A DNA stretch of 64,000 nt from Eledone cirrhosa (GCA_964016885.1 OZ024756.1:20150001-20214000); one strand, 5' to 3'. Positions 1 through 12,443 are shown, counted from the first letter of the stretch. Numbers and translations are program-made. Notes: generated by a model not told the origin, from the sequence alone.

Positions 1-215
1 ATTTTTGTGGTAATTACTTTATTTCACATAATTATCTCACATAATATCGAATCTATGGGATTTGGGGATTATTTACTTTGAGAACAATACCTTAACATCA
101 GTACGAGTGGCCAGTTATAGCCGGTTTGAACAGATAGAGGTGAGAGAATTCTGGCTAGATACGGCCAGTTTAAATGCTAAAAGGTTAAATGTAATATAAA
201 AAAAAAATGACTCAC

Positions 216-324
216 TCTCTTTTGGCTTTGAAATCAATTGTTCAAAAGCCCTTGCTGAAGCAATCATCATGGGTTTCTGGGAAGGTATCATCTGTTCGTC
301 AATGGTGTTATAGAAGTGAGCAAC
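216..324 (-). CDS. DYNC2H1: DYNC2H1 coding exon 10 (VAHFYNTIDEQMIPSQKPMMIASARAFEQLISKPKE); gene continues beyond window start
   Basis: Homologous to VAHFYNSIDQQMIQSQRPMM. Acceptor aacAG, donor GTGAG, 109 nt, phase 0 to 1. Confidence 0.93.
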
Positions 325-366
325 CTGTTGATAACATAATGAAATAAATTATTATAATATCTTACT

Positions 367-917
367 TTCAAGCTTACTTTTGGGAGGCTCCCGTACAGCT
401 CTGAGTTCTTCATCCTCAGTGTATACTGATTAATGTTCAGAGCCATCCTCAGCATTTTCGTGTAGCACCCATCCACTATCTGAGTGAGTTTCTTGGTCAG
501 TGTCCAAGTCTCAGACCCGTACAGCAGCACAGACCCCACTACAGCAACGAATAGACGGATCTTCAGGTCTTTACAAAGGTCCGACTTCCACACCGATCTC
601 AAGCTGTGGCACGCCGCCCAAGCTTTGTTCTTCCTCTCAACCACATCATCTTCGAAAGTGACACAGAGGAGACTGAGGTTAGCTGGACATGCTCACCGAC
701 ATCCAGAGTTGACACTGCACTCAGTGCTCCTGTGGGAGCCCCTGCATGGACACACTGGAAGAGGAAGATGGAGGTTAGCATATGCTGATGCCCTAAGGAC
801 AGACACTGGTCTGTTGGAGACGCAGGACATGGCAGCGATAATGAGGGACAGAGACCGCTGGAGAGAACTCGTCCATGGATCTCGGGAATTTTACCCGCCC
901 TAGATATATATATATAG
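367..917. mobile_element. 5'-inverted RTE-clade LINE 3' fragment with 11-bp TSD
   Basis: Minus part encodes SVLLYGSETWTL...LPKVSLKV and plus part continues KVTQRRLRLAGH...DRDRWR. (TA)n tail. aatatcttact occurs at 356-366 and 918-928. Confidence 0.85.
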
Positions 918-1235
918 AATATCTTACTATGTCAGCTTTTCTCTCCCTTCTCTACTAACTCTTCCAGCATGGTGGGAGGAGGGGGATGTAAAATGGTGAT
1001 GACATACACATACACACAATCATCTCCCCTTCCTCCTCCTCCTCTGTCTTCTTCCCCTCCTCCTCCTCCTTCAATCATCACCACATTCACTGTTTGGTTT
1101 GGTTTTCTCTGGCCAGGTGCCCTCCTTAATGCAACCACTTTACAACTTTACAACCATTTTATTTAGATAAAAAGATAGTTTTTTGGTGTATGTAACATGT
1201 GTGGTAAATAAACATATATATATATATATATATAG

Positions 1236-1615
1236 GCACATGGGTTAGTGGTTAGACCATTGGCCTTGCAATCGAAAGGTTGTGAGTTCAATTCTCGGAC
1301 TAGGTGATGTGTTGTTTCCTTGAGCAAGACACTTTATTTCACATTGCTCCAGTTTACTCAGCTGTAGAAATGAGATGATAGGGACTGGGGTCCCTATCAT
1401 TCCACTGCAAAGTGGTTGTGGAGGTGCCACAGCAAAAAAGCACCCAGCCCACACTGTAAAGTGGACATGTAGGAGCCATGGAAAAAAAGCACCCAGCACT
1501 CACTGTAAATGAGGTTGGCGTTAGGAAGGGCATCCAGCTGTAGAAATCAAGCCAGAATCAGTTCCCGTCCCACCCTTGCAAGCAGGGAAAAGCAGACGTA
1601 AAATGATGATGATGA
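1236..1615 (+). mobile_element. tRNA-derived SINE with CORE-like segment and (GAT)n tail; near-identical copies at about 44395-44750 and 52045-52430, related ones at about 27463, 49290 and 58020
   Basis: A-box-like tgggttagtgg, B-box-like gttcaattc, segment ccttgagcaagacactttatttcacattgctccag, and multiple dispersed copies in the window. Confidence 0.75.
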
Positions 1616-2017
1616 TATACATATACACCAGGTCTGATCACAAAGGAACCAAACTCCCACTGTCACTGCCTCCATCTCTCTCACTCTCCTCATCTCTCAC
1701 TATTATGAGCAAATGGATGGCGAAGGAGACGTGCCACTGGAAGAGCCATTCCAGCTCGCGAGGTTCACACCTGCAGGTAGCCACTTCTGTGCTGATGGTG
1801 GTGAGTAGGTACGTGGCACTAGGGCCAAGGACACCAGAAGAAGTCTTCACTGTTTTGCTGGGAGTTATTTTCCACTCAATTCAATTGTCAAATTCCACCA
1901 TTGGCTTCTAATTATGTGATGTTTGAAGACAAGAGAATCTGGATGCCCTCATGGCAACGATGAATTAGTCCTGATACATTAACCCTTTAGCATTCACCTT
2001 ATTATATATATATATAG

Positions 2018-2201
2018 GGCGGTGGATTGGCAGTATAGGTAGAGGGTCGGACGCCATGCTTTCCAGCATAGTTACGTCCCTTTACGATCTGAGTTCAAAT
2101 CCCGCCGAGGTTGACTTTGCCTTTCATCCTTACGGAGTCGATAAAATAAAGTACCAGTAATGCACTGGGTAATTTGCTGGCCTTGTGCCTAAAGTAGAAA
2201 C

Positions 2202-2204
<3 letters not shown>
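2018..2204 (+). mobile_element. Second SINE family (ggcggtggattggcag...gagttcaaatcccgccgaggttgactttgcctttcatcc...aaataaagtaccagt); copies at about 2710, 4940, 5860, 20820(-), 40080(-), 61605 and 62765
   Basis: Repeated dispersed homology with B-box-like gagttcaaatcc. Confidence 0.7.
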
Positions 2205-2255
<51 letters not shown>

Positions 2256-2484
2256 TGTTATACTGTTTTATTTTCACAGTAAAGACTTTATTGTGCATAA
2301 TCATCCCACATAATTTCAAATCTATGAGATTTTGATATTATTTATTTTGAGAACAATACCTTAACGTCAGTATGAGTAGCCAGTTACAGATGGTTTGAAC
2401 AGAAAGAGGTGAGAGAATTCTGGATTCAACCAAAAGAAGAAACAAAAACAAAGTGAAAGAGGAAAGAATGGAAAATATATTTAC

Positions 2485-2674
2485 CTGCTTCAAAACAATT
2501 CCATGTTTATAGAATTTTTCAGCAGTTTTAGCGACCTCTTGAATACCCCTAGGGATTGAAAAGCCCAGGGCTGAGAGCATCCGAACTTCTCGCAGAAGTG
2601 TCACCAGCCTCTCATCGAAGTTTACTTTCAGTTTTTCGTCCTTGTATTCCATGATACAACCATTTGTAACAAGG
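2485..2674 (-). CDS. DYNC2H1: DYNC2H1 coding exon 9 (LVTNGCIME...RLVTLLREVRMLSALGFSIP...VLKQ)
   Basis: LLREVRxLSALGF motif of the dynein heavy-chain tail. Acceptor ttcAG, donor GTAAA, 190 nt, phase 2 to 0. Confidence 0.95.
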
Positions 2675-2919
2675 CTGAAGATAGACATAGATGGGGATTG
2701 TTATTATTATCGGTAGAGCGTCAGACACCATGCATTTCGGCATAGAGTTATGGCCCTTTACGTTCTGAGTTCAAATCCCACCAAGGTTAACTTTTCCCTT
2801 CATCCTTACGGGGTCGATAAAATAAAACACCAGTAATGCACTGAGGTAATTGCTGGCCTTGTGCCAAAAGTAGAAACATTATTATTATTATTATTATTAT
2901 TATTGTGCATCATTACTGT

Positions 2920-3080
2920 TTTACCGAGCACAGCTCTGTGTGCCTCGGGTATGTGTAGTGTAGTTTTTGCTGATGTTTCTATTGTATTGGTAGTACTTTT
3001 TGTAATATGTGTGCAGTGCCTAGTAGTGCTATCTTTTGTATGCTGCATATATTTGTAAGTCCTGGGATTTTGGCTATGTA
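2920..3080 (-). mobile_element. 3' remnant of a restriction-like-endonuclease non-LTR element (R4/CRE-like)
   Basis: Minus-strand IQKIALLGTAHILQKVL resembles the C-terminal QKxxLLGTAxILRKVL motif. Adjacent to (TTA)n. Confidence 0.5.
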
Positions 3081-3967
3081 TTTAAAAAATTTTTTTTTTT
3101 TACCATTCCTAGAGCACCTATTATTATAGGTATTGTTTCTATTTTCAGTTTCCACATTCAAGTTATTTCTATCTCTCGATCTTCATATTTGGAGAATCAT
3201 TATTATACCAGTAATACACTGGAGTTAATTTAATCGACTTTCGACTCCCCTTCAAATTCCTGGCCTTGTCTCTAAAGTAGAGAAAATTATTATAATCATT
3301 ATTATTGTTAGTAACTGAGCACCATGTAGAGACAGGAGTCGGGCCCCTAAACAGTTCTTGTCCTTCATCAAAAGCCTTGGGATATCCGGCATCATAGGCA
3401 GTGCCCAAATTTCTACCATCACTAGCACTGTCAGAATCCTACTGATCTGAGGCCAATTAACATGCCTCACCCTTGTTTGGCAAGCTTTCTATGGCTGGAT
3501 GCCGTTCCTAACCCCAACCGCTTTACAGCATGTACTGGGTACTTTTATTGTGTAGCTCACTAGCCCTAGGGAGATTGTCGTGCCCTTTACATAACTAAAG
3601 GGTCCTCCCAACCCTTTGTTTGGAAAGTTTTCTACGGCTAGATGCCCTTCTATCACCAACCACTTTATAGCATGTATTGGGTACTTTTATTGTGTAGATC
3701 ACCAGCCCTAGGGAGGTTGCCGTGCCCTTTACATAACTAAAGAGTCCTCCCAACCCTTTGTTTGGCAAGTTTTCTATGGCTAGATGCCCTTCTATCACCA
3801 ACCACTTTACAGCATATACTGGGTAACTTTTATTGTGCAGATCAGCAGCCCTAGGGAGGTTGCCGTGCCCTTTACATAACTCATGTATATATTTTCAGTG
3901 CATAAAAGTCGAATAATTCAGTTTACATACATTGTTTATAATAAACAAGATTTTCTTACTGCCTTAC

Positions 3968-4143
3968 CTGAGAGGTTGACTACGGTTGTTGATCATGTCT
4001 GACATTTGGTCTGACCAGTCTTCAAATTGGTCCTGGCGCCAGGACTTTAACTCAGTCAATGTTTCATCAGCAATCCTCTTGAAGGCTTGGTAATTACTCA
4101 AGTCATGTAAGACAGAATTGGTCATGTTTCGGTTATCTTCCAC
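3968..4143 (-). CDS. DYNC2H1: DYNC2H1 coding exon 8 (VEDNRNMTNSVLHDL...WRQDQFEDWSDQM...QPL)
   Basis: Read manually. Homologous to QEQFDDWS. Acceptor tttAG, donor GTAAG, 176 nt, phase 0 to 2. Confidence 0.92.
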
Positions 4144-4217
4144 CTAAATTAAGATCAAGCGGAACAGTGAGTCACGTCACATTGAAAGAGCTGTTGTGGA
4201 TGTTGTGTAAGACTTGA

Positions 4218-4433
4218 CTTAACTCTTTAGCATTTACATTACTCTATATTTTCTATTGTATTTTCATGGTAAACACTATTTTTACATAATATCAAATCTA
4301 CGAGATTTTGATATTATTTATTTTGAGAACAATACCTTAACATCACTATGAGCACCCAGTTATGGCAGGTTTAAACAGAAAGAAGTGAGAGAACTCTGGC
4401 CGGATATGGCTGGTTTAAATGCTAAAGAGTTAA
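4218..4433. mobile_element. About 220-bp TTAA-flanked piggyBac-type MITE (family 1); copies at about 1-187, 1979-2420 (interrupted), 28300-28499, 38065-38279, 49080-49290, 49608-49809, 56180-56395 and 61950-62164
   Basis: ttaa-c(c/t)ctttagcatt ... aatgctaaag(a/g)g-ttaa terminal inverted repeats. Many copies, no ORF. Confidence 0.75.
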
Positions 4434-4517
4434 AGGTTGGTGGAATAGCAGATTTATTTGTAGTGACAGGTAAATTGCTGTGAGGTGTTTAGCTTATGTT
4501 CCTTTTGTTTCTATGGT

Positions 4518-4700
4518 CAAATGTCACTGAGGTCAAATCCCACCTAGGTCAAATGTCACTGAGGTCAAATGTCACCTAGGTCAAACGTCACTGAGGTCAA
4601 AAGTCACCGAGGTCAAATGTCACAGAGGCCAAATCTCACTGGGGTCAAATGTCACCAAGGCCAAATGTCATTGAGGTTAAATGTCACTAAGGTCAACTTC
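4518..4700 (+). repeat. About 19-bp tandem repeat (ggtcaaatgtcactga) grown from the internal segment of a family-2 SINE
   Basis: About 9 diverged copies running into aacttcacctttcatc SINE sequence. Confidence 0.65.
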
Positions 4701-5196
4701 ACCTTTCATCTTTCTGCAGTACCAGAATAAAGTTGATTAAGTCAAACCCCAGTACATGATTGGTACTTTATTTTATTGACATCCCCCACCCCCAACTCCC
4801 AGAAGAATGAAAGGCAGAGTTAACCTCTGCAGGATTTGAACTCAGAACATAAAAAGCCAAAATAAATATAGCAAAGCAAAGCATTTTGTCCAATTCTCTA
4901 ATAATCCTGCCAATCCACCACCTTGGAATTACTTGCAGTGGATTGGCAGAATCAGTAGAGCACCGAAGACCATGCTTCGCAGCATAGTTATGTCCCTTTA
5001 TGTTCTGAGTTCAAATCCCGCCGAGGTTAGCTTTGCCTTTCATCCTTACGGGGGGGGGGGGGTCAATAAAATGAAGTACCAGTCACACACTGGGTTCGAT
5101 TTAATCGACTTTCCCCTCCCTTGTGCCTAATTCAGAAACCATTATAATAAAATATTTTTAAAATATTGGAAAGATTAAGTGAAAGAATCAACTTAC

Positions 5197-5350
5197 CCTT
5201 CCTTCAAGCTGTCGCACATATATGACAATGTTGACAATATCAGGTAGGTTTTTACCTTTGGGAACTTTGGGGTTTTTGGCATTAGTGCGAGCATTAAAGT
5301 CTTCCATGATCTGTTTGATGTTGCGAGTTAACTGTGCAAGGAGAGTTTCA
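5197..5350 (-). CDS. DYNC2H1: DYNC2H1 coding exon 7 (ETLLAQLTRNIKQIMEDF...GKNLPDIVNIVIYVRQLEGR)
   Basis: Read manually. Homologous to ETLLARL..GKNLSEVVNSIVWVRQLE. Acceptor tacAG, donor GTAAG, 154 nt, phase 2 to 0. Confidence 0.92.
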
Positions 5351-6330
5351 CTGTAAATACACACAGTTTCAGTCAGGGGATTAGTAATTTTAAAAACACA
5401 TAGGAGATTAGTAATATTTTTAAAAAGATGAGATTCGTAATTTAAAAGAAAACAGGGGATTAGTCATTTAAAAACAAAACATTCTACAAGATCACCTTTT
5501 ACATTGAAAAAAATTCTAAAATCTCTACATATTTTTGATGTTGAAAAAAGAATCTCCACTCTAGCATTGAAGCCCCCACCCCCACCCCACCACCACCACT
5601 TTTTGATAAAAAAAAAAAATGGTAGCATAAGAATGACACAAGATATTCTGCTCTGGATTAGTTTCTTAGATTATTCTTTTGATGAAGGGATTTATTCCCG
5701 AAATATTAAAGACTATTAAATAACTCCAAGGTAACATTCCAACATCTTTGGTATCATTGGGTTGGTAATCCTGTGATAGACTGGCATCCTGTCCAGGGAG
5801 AGTCTTGTACTCAGTCGTTTAAAAGCAAGGGGATAAGCATGGCCTGATGAGCCTTCGTGGTGGATTGGCAGTATTGGTAGAGCGTCGGACACCATGCTTT
5901 GGATCATGGAGTTACTCCCTTTTATGATCTGAGTTCAAATTCCGTCGAGGTTAACTTTGCCTTTCATCCTTACGGGGTTGATAAAATAAAGTACCAGCAA
6001 TGCACTGGGATAATTGCTGGCCTTGTGCCAAAAGTAGAAACAATTATTTTTTTAACATTTAATACACCACCCACTCTAGGATTTGAACTCACGATTTTAT
6101 GATCCTGAGCAAAACACACCATCTAAGCCACACACCATCTCTGATACATAATACACAGGCAAAAGACTATATATTTTTAACAAATGACCATATAATCCTG
6201 TGGTAACTTATACAATACATGTCTGAATATAAAGTTTAATTCTTTTTTTATAACTTTTATGAATTTTTATAAAGTTATTTACATATTGATTATTGGCAAA
6301 AATTGTAAATAAAATTGGATGACGAAACAA

Positions 6331-7445
6331 GAGAGTCACACCAGGTAGAGCCACTACTGCTCCGAATTGAGAGACCACAGCTCTGATACTATGGACATGT
6401 GGTTAGAATGTCTCAGGATAGAATCACTGGACAGATTTGTAGCTTGGAGATCAGAGAGTCACACCAGGTAGAGCCACTACTGCTCCGAATTGAGAGACCA
6501 CAGCTCTGATACTATGGACATGTGGTTAGAATGTCTCAGGATAGAATCACTGGACAGATTTGTAGCTTGGAGATCAGAGAGTCACACCAGGTAGAGCCAC
6601 TACTGCTCCGAATTGAGAGACCACAGCTCTGATACTATGGACATGTGGTTAGAATGTCTCGGGATTGAATCACTGGACAGATTTGTAGCTTGGAGATCAG
6701 AGAGTCACACCAGGTAGAGCCACTACTTCTTCGAATTGAGAGACCACAGCTCTGATACTATGGACATGTGGTTAGAATGTCTCAGGATAGAATCACTGGA
6801 CAGATTTGTAGCTTGGAGATCAGAGAGTCACACCAGGTAGAGCCACTACTTCTTCGAATTGAGAGACCACAGCTCTGATACTATGGACATGTGGTTAGAA
6901 TGTCTCAGGATAGAATCACTGGACAGATTTGTAGCTTGGAGATCAGAGAGTCACACCAGGTAGAGCCACTACTTCTTCGAATTGAGAGACCACAGCTCTG
7001 ATACTATGGACATGTGGTTAGAATGTCTCGGGATTGAATCACTGGACAGATTTGTAGCTTGGAGATCAGAGAGTCACACCAGGTAGAGCCACTACTTCTT
7101 CGAATTGAGAGACCACAGCTCTGATACTATGGACATGTGGTTAGAATGTCTCAGGATAGAATCACTGGACAGATTTGTAGCTTGGAGATCAGAGAGTCAC
7201 ACCAGGTAGAGCCACTACTTCTTCGAATTGAGAGACCACAGCTCTGATACTATGGACATGTGGTTAGAATGTCTCAGGATAGAATCACTGACAGATTCGA
7301 CGAGCAAAACCAACTGGCAGAAGACCCAGGGGTAGACCCTGAGCGAGATGGTTGGATAACGTCCATGAGCTTGGCTTGTTATGCTTGGGGGATCCAGTTG
7401 GAGAGGGTTGTTTCTGGCAGGACCTGCTGGAAGGAGTGTGTAAGG
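6331..7445 (+). repeat. About 8 x 123-bp tandem array of an RTE-LINE 3' segment, followed by the LINE 3' end
   Basis: Period measured 6331 to 6454. Unit encodes a disrupted LLLRIERPQL*YYGHVVRMSQDRI. Confidence 0.85.
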
Positions 7446-7467
7446 ACTCTGCTCCCATGGCCCTCTC

Positions 7468-8137
7468 AAGAAGAAGAAGAAGGCAAAGAAGAAGAAGAAG
7501 GCAAAGAAGAAGAAGAAGAAGAAGAAGAAGGCAAAGAAGAAGAAGAACAAGAAGAAGGCAAAGAAGAAGGCAAAGAAGAAGAAGGCAAAGAAGAAGAAGG
7601 CAAAGAAGAAGAAGGCAAAGAAGAAGAAGGCAAAGAAGAAGAAAGCAAAGAAGAAGACAAAGAAGAAGAAGGCAAAGAAGAAGGCAAAGAAGAAGAAGGC
7701 AAAGAAGAAGAAGAAGAAGGCGAAGAAGAAGAAGGCAAAGAAGAAGAACAAGAAGAAGGCAAAGAAGAAGAAGGCAAAGAAGAAGGCAAAGAAGAAGAAG
7801 AAGAAGGCAAAGAAGAAGAAGAACAAGAAGAAGGCAAAGAAGAAGAAGAAGGCAAAGAAGAAGACAAAAAAGGCAAAGAAGAAGAAGAAGGCGAAGAAGA
7901 AGGCAAAGAAGAAGACAAAAAAGGCAAAGAAGAAGAAGAAGGCGAAGAAGAAGGCAAAGAAGAAGACAAAAAAGGCAAAGAAGAAGAAGGCAAAGAAGAA
8001 GACAAAAAAGGCAAAGAAGAAGAAGGCAAAGACGAAGAAGAAGGCAAAGAGGAAGAAGAAGAACAACAACAAGAAGAAGGCAAAGAAGAAGAAGGCAAAG
8101 AAGAAGAAAGCAAAGAAGAAGGCAAAGAAGAAGAAGA
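7468..8137 (+). repeat. (GAA)n/GGCAAA compound simple repeat at the LINE tail
   Basis: Purine-rich gaagaagaaggcaaa array. Source of the spurious 235-334 aa ORFs. Confidence 0.9.
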
Positions 8138-8844
8138 GACATTGGATGATTCTTTTTGATACACCCTGTACACTATTCAGTAATCTCAGAAAACATTCAA
8201 TGTTTGCCAACCTAAACAAATAACAGAATTATTATTCATTAATAAATATGAAACACATAAATAATATATAAATATAAATTAATTAATATATTTTTAATAG
8301 TTATTTTAACAAATGATAAATGAATAAATATTTTTGTTTTAAATAATAAAATCTAAAAGCAAACAAATATATAAAAGTATTAAAAAACAATTAAAAAAAA
8401 AAATTAAAAAAATAAATTAATAAAATACTTTTTACATAATGAATAATTGTTTTTTTCTTAAATGATAAATAAATGAATAAATAAATATATAAATATTTAA
8501 AAAAAACATTTAAAGCGAACAAATATATCAAATATATATATATAAAATTATAAAATTATAAAAAATATATATAAAATTATTAAAAACAATAAATAAAAAT
8601 CTTTAAAAAAATAATAAATAATAAATATTTTTAAAATAATAATTAAATAATATTTATTATAAATATATATTTTAAAAATATATACCTATTTTTTAAATAT
8701 ACAAATATTTCTAAAACTTAATAAAATAATAAAATTTTTAAAAATGTGAACAAATGAAATAAAATAAATAAATAAATATTTAGATAGATAGCTAGATAAA
8801 TAGATAGATAGATCTATAAATAGATAGATTTGATAGATAAATAA

Positions 8845-11360
8845 CTTTCTATTTATTTGCCACCAAGGCATCAAAGATTGGGACAAATACAAGGGGGGGG
8901 GGGGGTGATTACATACATTTCAAAGGACGTGTAAAAATATAACAAATAAAATTCAACAATCGAAGTCCTCAATAGGGAGGGGGCATTGACGTAGGTCGCA
9001 CCAACCCTCTATAGAATGTTGAGGTTGAGTCTCCAATGATTGCCGGGTCCGCTTGCCAGAGGGCTGTGAGCGCCTGGGCACATTCAATGTGCCAGTCGCC
9101 CATTTTTCTCGGTCTTTGCTTGACCCAGGATTGCAGCTTGGTGAGTGAGACGAGTCTCGGAAAGGCTCGCCTCACAAAAGGGGCCCACACCGGCTGACCG
9201 GCGAGGAATACCTGGAGATGCCGTAGACTTAATGCGTGTCCACGCATCATCAGCTACGGCATCCCCAGCCCTCCGTTCGAAGGGTGTTGACAGCAGATGG
9301 ATCTTCTCACCAAAGGGGTCCACTTCTTCCAAAGGAATCGGAAGAGCGCACACTCCGTTTTGGCGAGCGTTTTCGCTGGGCAAGGCACGACGGTCAAGCG
9401 GTAATAGATGATGGATGCTATATAAGTGTTCGCCACCTCCGCTCGACCTTTCAGCGATAGTTTGCACTCGGCCCACTTCTGAGCGAGTGCAAACACCCTG
9501 CCGGTTACCTTGTCCCAGTTTTTCTCCACCTGGAGGTCCGGTCCGAACCAGACCCCGAGCAGCTTCACCGGTCCCTTCGTCCAGCGTCCGACGACGCCGT
9601 CGGAGGGCATCAGTTTCCTCTCCACGTTCCGAGTTGCAAACCGACGGACTTGTCCCGGTTCAGCTTGGCTCCTGTAAACCTTTCGTATTCCTCCAGTAAG
9701 GACGTGTAAAAATATAACAAATAAAATTCAACAATCGAAGTCCTCAATAGGGAGGGGGGCATTGACGTGGGTCGCACACAGCCCCCCAAAAAATGTGCAA
9801 CCCTCCTCCTCAGGAGCACAAAGAGCGGGTGCTCCCTTCCTCTCCTCTTTCTTCTCCTCTCTCATCCGCTCAGGTTCAAGGATCACGCGTCCATCCTGGT
9901 CCTTCAAAGACCGAATTGTGGACTTGTTTCCACTTTTTGCCTCTGCCACTTGGGCCCAGCTAACAGCTTTGGCTCCCTCGTTACCCAGAGCACGTATTTT
10001 ACTCCCGACAACGCAGCCGTCGTGTTTCGCGTGAAAGAACTGGTCTAAGGCCATTCTTGATGCCAGCACACCGGCCACGTTGCCACACCCAATGGCCTCT
10101 TCTACTCTATCTATCAATTCCCTTTCAGTTCTATTCCTATCTGATGCTAATTCCTGACTAAAACCTATCGATTCTATTCTAATTTGTCTCTTGAGAGCCC
10201 CACCACCTGCTGTTGACTATTGCCCCCGTCAACCGCTGCTTAACTAGAGTGCTAATCCGCTTACTGTAAGCTTTGTTTGTCGGTAAGGACAAGTTTAGCT
10301 TCAAGTAACCGGGTCCTTGTCTATGGGTTCTATCAAGGTTGACCACTCCGGTCACCAACTTGTGATCCGAATAGTCAACCATGAACATTCGTGGACAGCT
10401 TAATATGTCCCTATCCTTATTTCTAACTAGGAACCTATCTAGATACGACCTAGATGTTCCGCTGCGATTAGTCCACGTCCACAGTGGCACAGTCGGAAAA
10501 GATAGATTTGATAGATAGATAGATAGATTTCTTTATTAGCCACAAGGGCGCACAAGAAAAGGGGACAGAACAAAGACATGCCGGGGATTTTACATACAAT
10601 CGTGTAAAAAAATATAAAACAAACAAATATAACAATCGAAATCCCCAATAGGGGGGAGGCGCCACAAATGGGTTGTTTAATACCCCATCGATAGAACAAT
10701 CCCCAACTTCAGGAACGTGTTGTGCAAGTGACCCTTTCTTCCTTTTGCTCTCTTCTTCAACCTACAGGCTTATATACAGAGAAGGCCCAATCACTCGGGC
10801 CATTTTTGCCATAGATAGATATATAAATAGATAGATAGAGTTTATAGATAGATATGTTTCTATTTATTGCCACGAGGGCGCAAAAGAAGGGGACAAGTAC
10901 AAAGGGGGGAGTTTACACAAAAGAACGAGTAAAAAAAACAAATAACAAATATAAAATTAACAATAAAGTCCTCAATAGGGAGGAGGCGTTTTGGAGGGTC
11001 GCACACACCCCCGAAAAAGTGTGCAACCCTTCTCCTCAGGAGCACAGAGAGAGGGTGCTCCCTTGTTCTTCCATCTTTTTCACCTACAGGCTGATATAGA
11101 AAGAAGGCCCATTCACACGGGCCATTCTCGCCACTTTCACCCAGCTTTCATAAAACTGGCTGGGGTGCAGCACCTCTCTCTCCATCCTGATCCTTCTTCT
11201 GAAATGATATTGGAAGAAAAGGACCAGTTGTTGGCCAGAGAGAAAGGTGTCTGACCTCAGTCCTTTCAAATGCGTCCATCATACAACCTCTTTCACCATG
11301 GCGATTACACACAGAAACACCGCCTCTCCTTCATTTTTGAAGGGGGGAGGCGTTATAATG
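8845..11360 (-). mobile_element. Cluster of Tx1/L1-clade LINE fragments (APE endonuclease, RT, C-terminus and at least four 3'UTR segments) interleaved with (GATA)n
   Basis: WTWTN..SYLDRFLV..SDHKLV (APE C-terminus). VKLLGVWFG..NWDKV..LSLKGR..GGLG (Tx1/L1 RT C-terminal region). Repeated 3' end gccytkgtggcaaataaa. Confidence 0.85.
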
Positions 11361-11654
11361 ATAGATAGATAGATAGATAGATAGATACTTAAAAATAATA
11401 AATAAATTCATCACAATTGATGAAAAATAAAAATAAAAACATTTTCTTCTTCACCATTCAGCAACTTGTGGTCCTAAATTCTCTCTCTCTCTCTCTCACT
11501 GCCTCTCTCTCTCACTTTCTCTCTAAATATCATGCTTGAGGTTCTAAATTCTTGCTCTCTCTCTCTCTCTCTAAATATCACCATCATCATCATGTTCCTT
11601 GTGGTTCTAAGTTATTTCCCTCTCTCTTTCTCTTTCTAAATATTATCATCATGG

Positions 11655-12443
11655 GGAGATAATCGGGAAAAGGTGAGGTAAGCGGGAAAAGGGGGAGGTA
11701 AGCGGGAAAAGGGGGAGGTAAGCGGGAAAAGGGGGAGGTAAGCGGGGAAAGGGGGAGGTAAGCGGGAAAAGGGGGAGGTAAGCGGGGAAAGGGGGAGGTA
11801 AGCGGGAAAAGGGGAGGTAAGCGGGAAAAGGGAGAGATAATCGAGAAAGGGGGAGATAATCGAGAAAGGGGGAGATAATCGAGAAAGGGGGAGATAATTG
11901 AGCAAGGGAGGAGATAATCGAGGAAGAGATAATCGAGCAAAGGGAGGGGAGATAATCGAGCAGGGGGGGGGGGATAATCGAGCAAAGGGGGAGATAATCG
12001 GGAAAGGGGGAGATAAGCGGGGAAGGGGGAGATAATCGGGGAAGGGGGAGATAATCGGGGAAAGGGGAGATAAGCGGGAAAAGGGGAGATAACCGAGAAA
12101 AGGGGAGCTAACTGAGAAAGGGGGAGATAATCGAGCAAGGGGGAAATAATCGAGCAGGGGGAGATAATCGAGAAAAGGGGAGATAATCGGGAAAAGGGGA
12201 GATAAGCGGGAAAAGGGGAGATAAGCGGGGGAAAAGGAGATAAGCGGGGAAAAAGGAGATAAGCGGGAAAAGGGGAGATAAGCGGGAAAAGGGGAGATAA
12301 GCGGGAAAAGGGGAGATAAGCGGGAAAGGGGGAGATAAGCGGGAAAATGGGAGATAAGCGGGAAAAGGGGAGATAATCGGGAAAAGGGTAGATAATCGGG
12401 AAAGGGGGAGATAATCGGGAAAAGGGTAGATAATCGGGAAAAG
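11655..12443 (+). repeat. Purine-rich minisatellite of about 21 bp (ggggagataatcgggaaaa / gaggtaagcgggaaaa)
   Basis: About 37 diverged tandem copies. Confidence 0.85.

Noticed and set aside
1236-1310. tRNA gene
   Set aside because: A- and B-box-like motifs are present but there is no clean cloverleaf, and it continues into a repeated SINE body.
7215-8219. Five overlapping 235-334 aa ORFs (E/K-rich, R-rich, F-rich)
   Set aside because: They are translations of a GAA-rich simple repeat that is open in most frames, intronic, and lacks splice or homology support.
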